Shown here: one piece after another, positions 1 to 8,670 of the stretch | Numbering within the stretch: the stretch's first letter is position 1 | Layout of the letters: the number at the start of each line of letters is the position of its first letter | NCBI GenBank assembly: GCA_003972955.1 | Contig: QOAQ01000051.1 | Span: 1-42,824, forward strand | Reading direction: 5' to 3' | Source: Aquificaceae bacterium | GTDB lineage: Bacteria; Pseudomonadota; Gammaproteobacteria; Thiotrichales; Thiotrichaceae | DNA: 42,824 nt | Program-made: the position numbers and the translations under genes | The notes under the pieces: generated by a model | Told to the model about the DNA's origin: nothing | The model's database searches: none | The model's input: the letters and a program-made list of their open reading frames with translations, nothing else

Positions 1-503
1 TTTAGTACTTACAAATTATAGACTGCTCTGTAGACCATGAAATGTGGTATGTTTTTGTTTGTTTGCTAGCGTTCCTCAGCTAAAACCAGTATATGTTGGG
101 TGAGAAGGTAGTGTGAGCAACTGTTTCCCCACCCCTGTACATACTGTTGTACATAACACAATACAAGTGCAGTGTTACCCACCACACCAGCATTTGCACT
201 TCTACTGTGGGGGTCTCAGTGGAGTTTTCCATGCTGTGTAATAAAGGTTACTATGGTTGGAAGTAATCCAGACATAAAACTCTTAAGACAGCAAACATTT
301 GCTTTAGGCTAGCCCCAACATTCTGGCTAGAGACGGTAAGGTGCCAGTAATCATAATGACAGTATCATTTGTGATAGCCTTTGATTGGGGCCATCATTTT
401 GTGTGAAAAGTGTCTGATACAGTGATAGTTCTTAACTATTAAAGTGCAGTAAAGAATAAAATGGACAGAAAAAAATAATTCAAGAATGGAAATTATGCAA
501 GCT

Positions 504-716
504 GACTTACACTAATGTTAGAGGTGAAAATTCATAAGATTACAATCATCATCCACATTGCCTGCAAATGCGATACCTCCGGCTTTACCTGCATTTCCCG
601 AAGCAATTATTTTTCCTGTCCGTGGATTCCATACCCATACTCCTCCTCCGTCGGAGTACTCTGAGGATCTGACCACAATTACATCCAAAAGCCCGTATTA
701 ATGGAGACTTACACTA
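504..716. repeat. Perfect 11-bp direct repeat GACTTACACTA (504-514 and 706-716) bracketing a 191-bp segment
   Basis: Both copies read directly from the sequence. The bracketed segment is almost exactly filled by one stop-to-stop open frame on the minus strand. Confidence 0.6.
521..697 (-). pseudogene. Possible gene remnant: 59-codon stop-to-stop open frame, Gly-rich (…SEYSDGGGVWVWNPRTGKIIASGNAGKAGGIAFAGNVDDDCNLMNFHL), no ATG start
   Basis: Manual translation of the minus strand. The only possible starts are TTG/GTG and no Shine-Dalgarno sequence is visible. It lies in an otherwise ORF-free ~950 bp and falls below the ORF-track cutoff. Confidence 0.2.
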
Positions 717-842
717 CAACTTATTAGAAATGGCTGTTGGTGCTGGTGTTAATGGCAAACTAATGCATCAAGAGCTTAATGAGGTAGTTAACAAAGCAAT
801 AGAATCATCTAATGAAAATGATGACTCTGAAAGTGAAAATAG

Positions 843-879
843 CTAGTACTCCAGCAACATTATATTGATGGAGTACTAG
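843..879. repeat. 37-nt mini-palindrome CTAGTACTCCAGCAACATTATATTGATGGAGTACTAG (11-nt perfect terminal inverted repeats)
   Basis: It is the reverse complement of 11756-11792 with a single mismatch. The termini CTAGTACTCCA / TGGAGTACTAG are perfectly complementary. Confidence 0.8.
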
Positions 880-977
880 TACTTATTATATCACTGTAAA
901 TTGTCATACTACTCGCATGATGGAAAAGAGTTAGATACCATAGCAAGCAAGATAACAGTCAATTTAGGGAAAATATT

Positions 978-1346
978 ATGTCCGCACAAACAGCAGTTGA
1001 AACAGCAAGTCCTTCTGATGCTCCCCTCAACTTTACCGATGCCGCAGCAGCGAAAGTAAAAACACTGATTGAAGAAGAGAAAAATGACAACTTGAAACTT
1101 CGTGTTTTTGTTTCAGGTGGTGGTTGTTCTGGCTTCCAATACGGCTTCACCTTTGATGAAAACATCAATGATGGTGATACCAGCGTAACAAATAATGGCG
1201 TTACATTACTTATCGACCCCATGAGCTTTCAATACCTTATAGGTGCAGATATTGATTACACTGAAGGTCTAGAAGGTTCTCAGTTTGTTATACGCAACCC
1301 TAACGCAACCACAACCTGCGGATGTGGCTCATCGTTTAACGTATAA
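978..1346 (+). CDS. erpA: Iron-sulfur cluster insertion protein ErpA (IscA/HesB A-type carrier)
   Basis: 122 aa. Contains [17 protein letters not shown] and a C-terminal CGCGSSF motif giving the three conserved Cys of A-type carriers. AGGGA lies about 8 nt upstream of the ATG. Confidence 0.9.
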   Translation: MSAQTAVETASPSDAPLNFTDAAAAKVKTLIEEEKNDNLKLRVFVSGGGCSGFQYGFTFDENINDGDTSVTNNGVTLLIDPMSFQYLIGADIDYTEGLEGSQFVIRNPNATTTCGCGSSFNV

Positions 1347-1358
1347 GCTTTATCTAAA

Positions 1359-1394
1359 AGCCTCTTTTATGACTTGCATATCCTAAAAGAGGCT
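1359..1394 (+). terminator. Stem-loop downstream of erpA (10-bp perfect stem AGCCTCTTTT / AAAAGAGGCT, 16-nt loop)
   Basis: Inverted repeat read directly, 13 nt after the erpA stop. There is no clean U-tract after the stem, so a terminator role is tentative. Confidence 0.35.
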
Positions 1395-1480
1395 CTCTCC
1401 AAACAATCCCCACCCTTCTTTTCAGAAAATAAATATGCAAATATTAGATTTTTTAGGTCTACTTGCTTAGACTACACACC

Positions 1481-2305
1481 ATGAATATTCATCAACTTGC
1501 TTATCAAGCACTCATGGAAGCCAATATTGTATTAAAAATACAGAAAGTTGATGCTCTATATTTACAGCAAAAAAAGAATAAATTCTCCCCCAGCTCTTTT
1601 CCTATTAAAAATATCCCCATTCCTGGAAAACCATCAAAACCAGAACTTGTTTCTCCCAAGCAATTAAAACACCGTAAATTAAACTCAGAAATTGGTAGGG
1701 CTAATTTAATTCATGCGATAACGCATATTGAATTTAATGCGATCAATCTCGCCCTTGATGCTGTTTATCGCTTTCAAAATATGCCAACTGATTTTTATAC
1801 CGATTGGCTACAAGTTGCATCAGAAGAAGCTTATCATTTTAGCCTTTTGCAAGCTCGCTTAGAAAAAATGGGATATCACTACGGCGATATATTGGCACAT
1901 AACGGACTATGGGAAATGACTGTTAAAACAGATCATGATGTATTAATACGCATGGCATTAGTCCCGCGTGTACTCGAAGCTAGAGGGCTTGATGTTACAC
2001 CTGGCATGATGGAACGCTTAGAAAAAGCAGGCGATCAAGAGACAGTTGATATTTTATCCATCATTCTACGTGACGAAATTGGGCATGTCGCAATAGGCTC
2101 TAAATGGTTTCATTATTGCTGTGAAAAAAGAGGACTTGATGCCGAATCAACCTTTAGGGAACTGCTAATGGAGTATATGGGTGCTCCGCTTCGTGCGCCA
2201 TTTCACACCGAAGCACGCCTACAAGCTGGTTTTACCCAACAAGAAATGGAACAGTTAATTGCAATGGAAAAACAATGGACTACAGACAGAAAAAACACCT
2301 CATAA
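1481..2305 (+). CDS. DUF455 family ferritin-like protein
   Basis: The ORF track starts at TTG 1463, but the ATG at 1481 (MNIHQLAYQ…) is more plausible. Motifs HIEFNAINLALD, EEAYHF, LEARGLD and LRDEIGHV form a di-iron/ferritin-like ExxH pattern typical of DUF455. Confidence 0.7.
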   Translation: MNIHQLAYQALMEANIVLKIQKVDALYLQQKKNKFSPSSFPIKNIPIPGKPSKPELVSPKQLKHRKLNSEIGRANLIHAITHIEFNAINLALDAVYRFQNMPTDFYTDWLQVASEEAYHFSLLQARLEKMGYHYGDILAHNGLWEMTVKTDHDVLIRMALVPRVLEARGLDVTPGMMERLEKAGDQETVDILSIILRDEIGHVAIGSKWFHYCCEKRGLDAESTFRELLMEYMGAPLRAPFHTEARLQAGFTQQEMEQLIAMEKQWTTDRKNTS

Positions 2306-2937
2306 AAATATTACTTGCCCTAATTTTTTTTATCAGCTCTATCGTTGTTGCAGAAAACAACAAAAAAACACCGCAAGAAAGCAGCTCAAATGAACTAGTG
2401 ACTATCGATAAGAAAATAGAGAAATCAACTATAACGGCTGTCTCTATAAAAAAACCAGCTAAAACAAGTAAAAGAAAACACTGCTCACAACATAGCTTAA
2501 AAATCCTGCGAAAAAAATCAAAGCCTTATAATCAAGCAATCACCGATGCCAGCTCTCAATATAGTATAAGCACTGCCCTTATACGCTCTATCATTACCAC
2601 TGAAAGTTGCTTTAAACCCAACGTTGTATCTCCTCAAGGAGCAACAGGTTTGATGCAACTAATGCCCGCCACAGCCAAACGCTTTGGTATTGTCAATCTC
2701 ACCAATCCTACCGACAATATTCAAGCAGGGGCACGTTATTTGCGCTATTTATTGGACCGCTATCAAGGCAATGTGGTCTCTACTATTGCCGCATATAATG
2801 CAGGAGAAGGTGCTGTCAAACGCTTTAAAGGAGAAGTTCCAGAATACCAAGAGACAAAAAAATATGTGGAGCGTGTAATGTCGCTTTATAATAAATTTTT
2901 TCACGCTTATCAGAAAAAACAACAGCATATTGACTAA
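2275..2937 (+). CDS. Lytic transglycosylase (SLT domain), secreted
   Basis: 220 aa with an N-terminal hydrophobic signal (ILLALIFFISSIVVA). SLT signatures are TESCFKPNVVSPQGATGLMQLMP and AAYNAGEGAV. It overlaps the upstream gene by 31 nt. Confidence 0.85.
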   Translation: MDYRQKKHLIKILLALIFFISSIVVAENNKKTPQESSSNELVTIDKKIEKSTITAVSIKKPAKTSKRKHCSQHSLKILRKKSKPYNQAITDASSQYSISTALIRSIITTESCFKPNVVSPQGATGLMQLMPATAKRFGIVNLTNPTDNIQAGARYLRYLLDRYQGNVVSTIAAYNAGEGAVKRFKGEVPEYQETKKYVERVMSLYNKFFHAYQKKQQHID

Positions 2938-3207
2938 AACCTGAATCCGTAAAGTAACATAATCATAAATTACAAGCTCTTTATCCTATTTCTATTTTTC
3001 AAAAATATTATTTTCTATTATACTCCTTTATATTAGTAAGGATAATTAAGGCAATTAAATTAGTATATTAGACCCCGTAAATAATCAATATACTAGTAAT
3101 TTACAAGTCATCACAGAGTAAGCTATCCCCCTGTTGGAATTTACAAATAATAAAATAAATATTCCCAAGTTACAGGCTTATTCTGATTCAAAAATAGGGC
3201 TATAGAT

Positions 3208-4911
3208 ATGCGACCACTAAGAGTTATTCTCAATGCAAAATCACCATTAATTAATACACCTGCGTGGCTAGCTTTGCTAGAACATTATAAAAAAGCTAAA
3301 AAATTACATATGGTGGACTTATTTGAAAAAGATCCTGAACGCTTCAAACGATACTCCCTTCAATTCAATGATATGTTATTGGATTACTCCAAAAATAGAA
3401 TAACCGACGAAACACTCACACTGTTATTTGATTTAGCACGCCAAGCTAAGGTCGAAGAGTCTCGCGATAGTATGTTTAATGGCGAAAAAATAAATAACAC
3501 CGAAGGACGTGCGGTTCTGCATACTGCTTTACGTAATCGTAGCAATACCCCTGTATTTGTTGATGACGAAAATGTCATGCCAAAAATCAATGCTGAATTA
3601 GAAAAAATGCAGATTTTTACAAATAAAGTACGCAGTGGGCAATGGCTAGGATATGCAGGATTACCGATTACACATATTGTGAATATTGGTATTGGAGGCT
3701 CTGACCTTGGTCCTAGCATGGTTTGTCGTGCGCTCAAACCTTATGCTCACCCCTCATTAAAAGTGAGTTTTGTCTCAAATGTAGACGCTACTCAAATCGA
3801 ACAAACACTTAGCAAACTACGTCCTGAAACGACATTATTTGTTATCTCATCAAAAACCTTTACCACACAAGAAACCATTACGAATGCAAATACAGCCAAA
3901 GAATGGTTTTTAACAGGGCCCGGCAAAGTAACAAACGATGATATTGCCAAGCATTTTGTTGCAGTATCGACCAATAAAGAAGCAGTTGAGAAATTTGGTA
4001 TCGATAGCGCCAATATGTTCCGTTTTTGGGACTGGGTCGGTGGACGCTACTCTCTTTGGTCGGCTATTGGACTTTCCAGCATTCTCTACCTCGGCATGGA
4101 TAATTTCATAAAATTACTCGAAGGCGCTCACGCAATGGATAACCATTTCCGCACTGAGCCTCTAGAAACCAATATGCCCGTGATATTAGCCATGCTAGGC
4201 ATCTGGTATGGTAATTTCTTTCATGCGGAATCGAGTGCCGTTCTCCCCTACGATCATAACTTACGCTTACTACCTGCCTATTTAGAACAAGCAGACATGG
4301 AAAGCAATGGTAAATCGGTTGATAAAGATGGACGACAAACCACCTACTCCACAGGAAAAATCATCTGGGGAGCAGAGGGTATCAATGGTCAACATGCGTT
4401 CTATCAACTATTGCATCAAGGTACACGCCTTATTCCTACGGACTTTATCGCCTCCATTATTTCGCACCACTGCGATGAAACACACTGTAATATTTTAACT
4501 TCAAACTTTCTTGCACAAACAGAAGCCTTAATGCGCGGACGCTCAATGGAAGAAACCAGAGAGCAATTAAAAGAAGCAGGAATAGAGCTACACAAAGCAG
4601 AAAAACGTTTACCACATATGTTTTTTGAAGGAAATCAACCCAGTAATTCCATTGTATTAAAGAAGCTCACACCACATGCTCTCGGTTCTTTAATCGCTAT
4701 GTACGAACATAAAATATTTGTCCAAGGCTGCGTATGGAATCTTAATTCTTATGACCAATGGGGCGTTGAACTAGGCAAAAATCTTACCAAGAAAATATTA
4801 GAAGAAATAGAAACTAACGACGACCTCTACGAGCATGACAGCTCAACACAAGGACTACTAGACTGGTTTAGAAAATGTCGTAAAGAAGAACAAAACAAGC
4901 AAAATAATTAG
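3208..4911 (+). CDS. pgi: Glucose-6-phosphate isomerase
   Basis: 567 aa with classical PGI motifs: [62 protein letters not shown]. Confidence 0.95.
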   Translation: MRPLRVILNAKSPLINTPAWLALLEHYKKAKKLHMVDLFEKDPERFKRYSLQFNDMLLDYSKNRITDETLTLLFDLARQAKVEESRDSMFNGEKINNTEGRAVLHTALRNRSNTPVFVDDENVMPKINAELEKMQIFTNKVRSGQWLGYAGLPITHIVNIGIGGSDLGPSMVCRALKPYAHPSLKVSFVSNVDATQIEQTLSKLRPETTLFVISSKTFTTQETITNANTAKEWFLTGPGKVTNDDIAKHFVAVSTNKEAVEKFGIDSANMFRFWDWVGGRYSLWSAIGLSSILYLGMDNFIKLLEGAHAMDNHFRTEPLETNMPVILAMLGIWYGNFFHAESSAVLPYDHNLRLLPAYLEQADMESNGKSVDKDGRQTTYSTGKIIWGAEGINGQHAFYQLLHQGTRLIPTDFIASIISHHCDETHCNILTSNFLAQTEALMRGRSMEETREQLKEAGIELHKAEKRLPHMFFEGNQPSNSIVLKKLTPHALGSLIAMYEHKIFVQGCVWNLNSYDQWGVELGKNLTKKILEEIETNDDLYEHDSSTQGLLDWFRKCRKEEQNKQNN

Positions 4912-4970
4912 AAACAGTGACAAAATAAAGTGCTACTATTTGAGTGGATTAATAAAATTAAAATAACACT

Positions 4971-6062
4971 ATGGATAAATATTTAGCAATTCTTAGCTCC
5001 TTTTTCTCTCCTTTATTGCAGGTGTTTGACCAACAACCTTGGCTTAAAGGTGGTAGCGTTATGTTGGTAACGTTTATCTTTGCCTCTGTTACTTCTTGGA
5101 TTATTTTTAAAGTATTAAAAATAGCGACCCAAAAAACTGACAGCCTGTTAGATGACCGCCTACTCAATATCGCTCGTGTCCCCATCTACTATTCATTACT
5201 AATGACAGGATTTACCACTGGCGTTAATATGATGCCACTCTCTGTTAGTATTACCAGCAAACTACAGAATGGCTTTCAAACGATTGGTATCTTAATTTGG
5301 ATGATCGCTCTGATACGTATCTCCAAAATTATTCTCCATCAACTTGCTTGGGGGAATAAGAACACACTCTTTCGTTTAATTCGCCCACAAACACTCCCAC
5401 TGTTTGATAATTTACTTAAATTATTAATTATTGCCTTAGCACTGTATATCACGTTCCAAGTATGGGGCATTGATATGACGGCTTGGCTCGCCTCGGCGGG
5501 GGTTATCGGTATAGCGGTCGGTTTTGCAGCAAAAGATACACTGGCTAATTTATTTTCAGGTGTTTTTATTCTTGCTGATACACCCTACAAAATTGGTGAC
5601 TATATTGTGCTTGATGGGAATCAACGTGGAAAAGTAACACATATAGGTATTCGTAGTACCCGAATGATCACCCGCGATGATGTAGAAGTCACCATACCCA
5701 ATGCCATTATGGGCAATAGTAAAATTACCAACCAAAGTGGTGGTCCTCACCCCAAATTTAGAATCCGTGTAAAAATAGGCGTGGCGTATGGCTCAGATAT
5801 AGACCATGTACGTGAAGTATTAATGGAGATAGCTAAAGCAGAGCCACTCATTACCAAATTCCCCACACCTCGCGTGCGTTTTCGTGCATTTGGTGCTTCA
5901 AGTCTTGATTTAGAATTACTTGGCTGGATAGAAGACCCCGAACTAAGAGGTCGTACTTTAGATAAATTAAACACCACAATATACAAACGATTTAATACAG
6001 AAAATATTGAGATTCCCTATGCTAAACAGGATTTGTATATTAAAGAGTTTCCTCAGCAATAA
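4971..6062 (+). CDS. Mechanosensitive ion channel family protein (MscS-like)
   Basis: 363 aa with N-terminal TM helices. The MscS core is GFAAKDTLANLFSGVFILADTPYKIGDYIVLDGNQRGKVTHIGIRSTRMITRDDVEVTIPN. Confidence 0.85.
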   Translation: MDKYLAILSSFFSPLLQVFDQQPWLKGGSVMLVTFIFASVTSWIIFKVLKIATQKTDSLLDDRLLNIARVPIYYSLLMTGFTTGVNMMPLSVSITSKLQNGFQTIGILIWMIALIRISKIILHQLAWGNKNTLFRLIRPQTLPLFDNLLKLLIIALALYITFQVWGIDMTAWLASAGVIGIAVGFAAKDTLANLFSGVFILADTPYKIGDYIVLDGNQRGKVTHIGIRSTRMITRDDVEVTIPNAIMGNSKITNQSGGPHPKFRIRVKIGVAYGSDIDHVREVLMEIAKAEPLITKFPTPRVRFRAFGASSLDLELLGWIEDPELRGRTLDKLNTTIYKRFNTENIEIPYAKQDLYIKEFPQQ

Positions 6063-6092
6063 GAATTTAAAGAAATGCTAAAAAACGATCAA

Positions 6093-6114
6093 GTGCTATT
6101 ATTCAAAATAGCAC
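6093..6114. terminator. Hairpin between convergent genes (GTGCTATT / AATAGCAC, 8-bp stem)
   Basis: Perfect inverted repeat between the mscS-like stop (6062) and overlapping the stop of the minus-strand gene at 6103. There is no strong U-tract. Confidence 0.3.
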
Positions 6115-7284
6115 GCGTTTCAAATTTCCACCTATAAAGCGCTTTAAAGAATAAAAATCAAATCGAGCAATCAACTGGTCTCCCACTGCGATGCCTTCTG
6201 CTTCATTATAAGTATGAAAACCTAACGCCTTATCATCACAATCAATTATGCCTATTTTTTCTTCTTTATAACCACCCTCTATTTGCAATACTTTATTGAT
6301 ATTGGCGCGATAACCATAGCGTTTACCGCTATTTTGGGAAATTCTTAAAATATCACCACCTCTATGGATAAATTTACCCGCCATTCGTGCCTTTTTTACA
6401 TCAGTTATTACGGGGTCATTATAGAGTTTTTTGAAGGGCTGATTAAATAGGTCTTCCGTTTTATAAATAGATAATTCATCATCATAATTTGCACCTTTGA
6501 CTTTCTCACTGGTAAATAAATACCATGCACCATCATGTTTTAACAGTGTACTATCAACAGCTTGTATATTATCAATTAAAGTTTGCTTCTTTTGCCACTG
6601 ATAAGGAAAGGAGGTACATTCATACAAATCAATCGCATGATGGTCTCCCGTTTCAGGAATCATATAGAAATGATTATTTTCTTCAAAAACAAAGGGATAA
6701 GAGAGATGATAATCAAGCTTTAAAATAGTTTTTGCATTGACTAATTTTCCCGATTTAAGGTCTAACTCTGCAACGGCTAAATAACCATGATAATCTGCAA
6801 ACTTTAACTCTTCATAAAAAACATAGTACTTATTATTTTTATAGATAATAAAGGGGTCTGCTTGAAACACTTCTTTTGGTGGAATTATTTTATGCCACGA
6901 CGCTTTGTTAAGCTCGCTATCTAACTGTTTATAAACAATCACCCACTGCATTGGGATAAACATTTTATAGAACATCTTAGCAAGAAAAAGTGTTTTATAA
7001 GAAAATTGTTCTAGTAGCGGTAACGACGACTTATCGTAGCCTAATTCTTTTTCTTCTATGCCTAAGCGTTGACAGATAAGTTTTATTTTATCTCTAGTGT
7101 TTTGTAGGCTGTTGAAAAAAGAAACACGATCTGGAGCAAGACTCACACATTTTACTTGCTTAAGCGTACTATCTATTTCTTCAAAAAAAATGAGTTCTAT
7201 TTGATCATAAAACAATACGGCTTTATAAACGCCACGATAAAAATTATCGTGGCTCGTAATACTGAGCGTATATTTATTATTCAT
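6103..7284 (-). CDS. Conserved hypothetical protein, possibly a GH43-like/beta-propeller fold, encoded directly downstream of a glycosyltransferase
   Basis: 393-aa intact ORF, 20 nt downstream of the GT4 gene on the same strand. The strings WHKIIPPKEVFQADPFIIYKNNKYYVFYEE and HLSYPFVFEENNHFYMIPET resemble proteins I recall from polysaccharide loci. The fold assignment is from memory only. Confidence 0.5.
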   Translation of the reverse strand: MNNKYTLSITSHDNFYRGVYKAVLFYDQIELIFFEEIDSTLKQVKCVSLAPDRVSFFNSLQNTRDKIKLICQRLGIEEKELGYDKSSLPLLEQFSYKTLFLAKMFYKMFIPMQWVIVYKQLDSELNKASWHKIIPPKEVFQADPFIIYKNNKYYVFYEELKFADYHGYLAVAELDLKSGKLVNAKTILKLDYHLSYPFVFEENNHFYMIPETGDHHAIDLYECTSFPYQWQKKQTLIDNIQAVDSTLLKHDGAWYLFTSEKVKGANYDDELSIYKTEDLFNQPFKKLYNDPVITDVKKARMAGKFIHRGGDILRISQNSGKRYGYRANINKVLQIEGGYKEEKIGIIDCDDKALGFHTYNEAEGIAVGDQLIARFDFYSLKRFIGGNLKRVLF

Positions 7285-7304
7285 AGCAGAGTTTCTTTGT
7301 CTTA

Positions 7305-8465
7305 TTACGACACTTGCTCAGGATAAGCTTGTCTATCATGATGCTGCTGATAAAGTGTCGTATACAGCCCTTCGTGTTGCATCACTTGTTGGCTTAATGC
7401 AAACTTGCGTAATACACGCTCCAAGGCATTGTCTCCTAACTGCTTAAATTTATTTTTATCCATTTCTAACAATTCTTGCCATGCTGCTGCCATAGCCTCA
7501 TTATCATCTACAGGCACAACACGACCTGTTTCTTTAATAATAAACTCATTGTCACCTACATTCGTCGCAACACAAGGAACGGATGATGCCATTGCTTCGC
7601 CTAATGTCAGCGGAAAAGCCTCTCCAAACGAGGTTAATGCCGCAATATCATAGGCATTAACAATATCGGGAATATCTTCTCGATTACCCAATAAATGGAT
7701 ATTATTTTGCAGTCCATATTCTGAAATCAAAGCTGTTAATGTTTTATTGTCAGCATCAATATTTGTTCCCACCATAATAAAATGTGCATCTGGGTGTGAC
7801 TTTGATAAAAGTGCCGCCGAATGAATAAAACCAAGGTGATTTTTTACAGGGTGAAACCGCGCTGTTATACCTACGACAAAACTCTTTGCTGGAATACCTA
7901 GCTCTTTACGAGTTTTTGATCGTGCTTTTCTATTAGGATAAAAACGTTGCGTATCAACACCATTGGGAATCACCAGTGCTTTTTTATTATTAAACCCCCA
8001 ACTCAAATGTTGCTCACAATTTAAATGCGAAACATACATCATCACTTCAGGAAGGGATGACATTAAGCCCCATAAGCGTAATTGCAATTGTTTGCGTAAG
8101 GATTCTTTTCGATAGTTTTCCAACCCTTCATGTACCGTCCAAATCACAGGTGGTTTTTTAGGTAAAAAGCGACGTAGCACAGAACCTACTACACCACCTT
8201 CATACATCGTTCCATGAATCACATCAGGATTAAATGCTTTTAATAAGGCGTATGCTTTAGCAATGGATCGTGGCTGTTTTTTTATATTAAGCGCATGAAC
8301 AGGAATCCCCAATTCACGAATACGATCACCTAAATACGTGTCTCGATCTAAACCAATCAGCATTAGCTCAAACTTATTTTTATCAAAAGCACTTAATAAG
8401 CGCATTAACTGTACCTCTGCGCCCCCTGTTTCTAGCCCTGTCGATATATGTGCGACTTTGATCAT
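7305..8465 (-). CDS. Glycosyltransferase family 4 (GT-B, Glycos_transf_1 domain)
   Basis: 386 aa. The N-terminus reads ISTGLETGGAEVQL. The C-terminal EX7E region is SFGEAFPLTLGEAMASSVPCVATNVGDNEFII. Confidence 0.85.
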   Translation of the reverse strand: MIKVAHISTGLETGGAEVQLMRLLSAFDKNKFELMLIGLDRDTYLGDRIRELGIPVHALNIKKQPRSIAKAYALLKAFNPDVIHGTMYEGGVVGSVLRRFLPKKPPVIWTVHEGLENYRKESLRKQLQLRLWGLMSSLPEVMMYVSHLNCEQHLSWGFNNKKALVIPNGVDTQRFYPNRKARSKTRKELGIPAKSFVVGITARFHPVKNHLGFIHSAALLSKSHPDAHFIMVGTNIDADNKTLTALISEYGLQNNIHLLGNREDIPDIVNAYDIAALTSFGEAFPLTLGEAMASSVPCVATNVGDNEFIIKETGRVVPVDDNEAMAAAWQELLEMDKNKFKQLGDNALERVLRKFALSQQVMQHEGLYTTLYQQHHDRQAYPEQVS

Positions 8466-8670
8466 TGCATCACCTGTTTAGTTTTTTAGCATTAGGATAT
8501 ATAACTATAAAAATGCTGAACAGCCTCAACTGATAAAGCGTATATTTTAGGAGCTTCTGATTAAATCGAGAAGAATTCCTCGATGGTGAAATTGTATGAT
8601 TTTTAATTAAAAACAGTGTTGATAGTTATTCTATTGGGTATCAGATACCGTGTGCTATAAACAGTCTGTT

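Noticed and set aside
132-149. Exact 18-nt match (CCCCTGTACATACTGTTG) between 132-149 and 8677-8694, the latter encoding the last six codons of the U32 gene
   Set aside because: The similarity does not extend by a single base on either side. My rough estimate is that one 18-mer coincidence in a window of this size, counting both strands, has a chance of a few percent. This may be a recombination scar, but the evidence is too weak to call.
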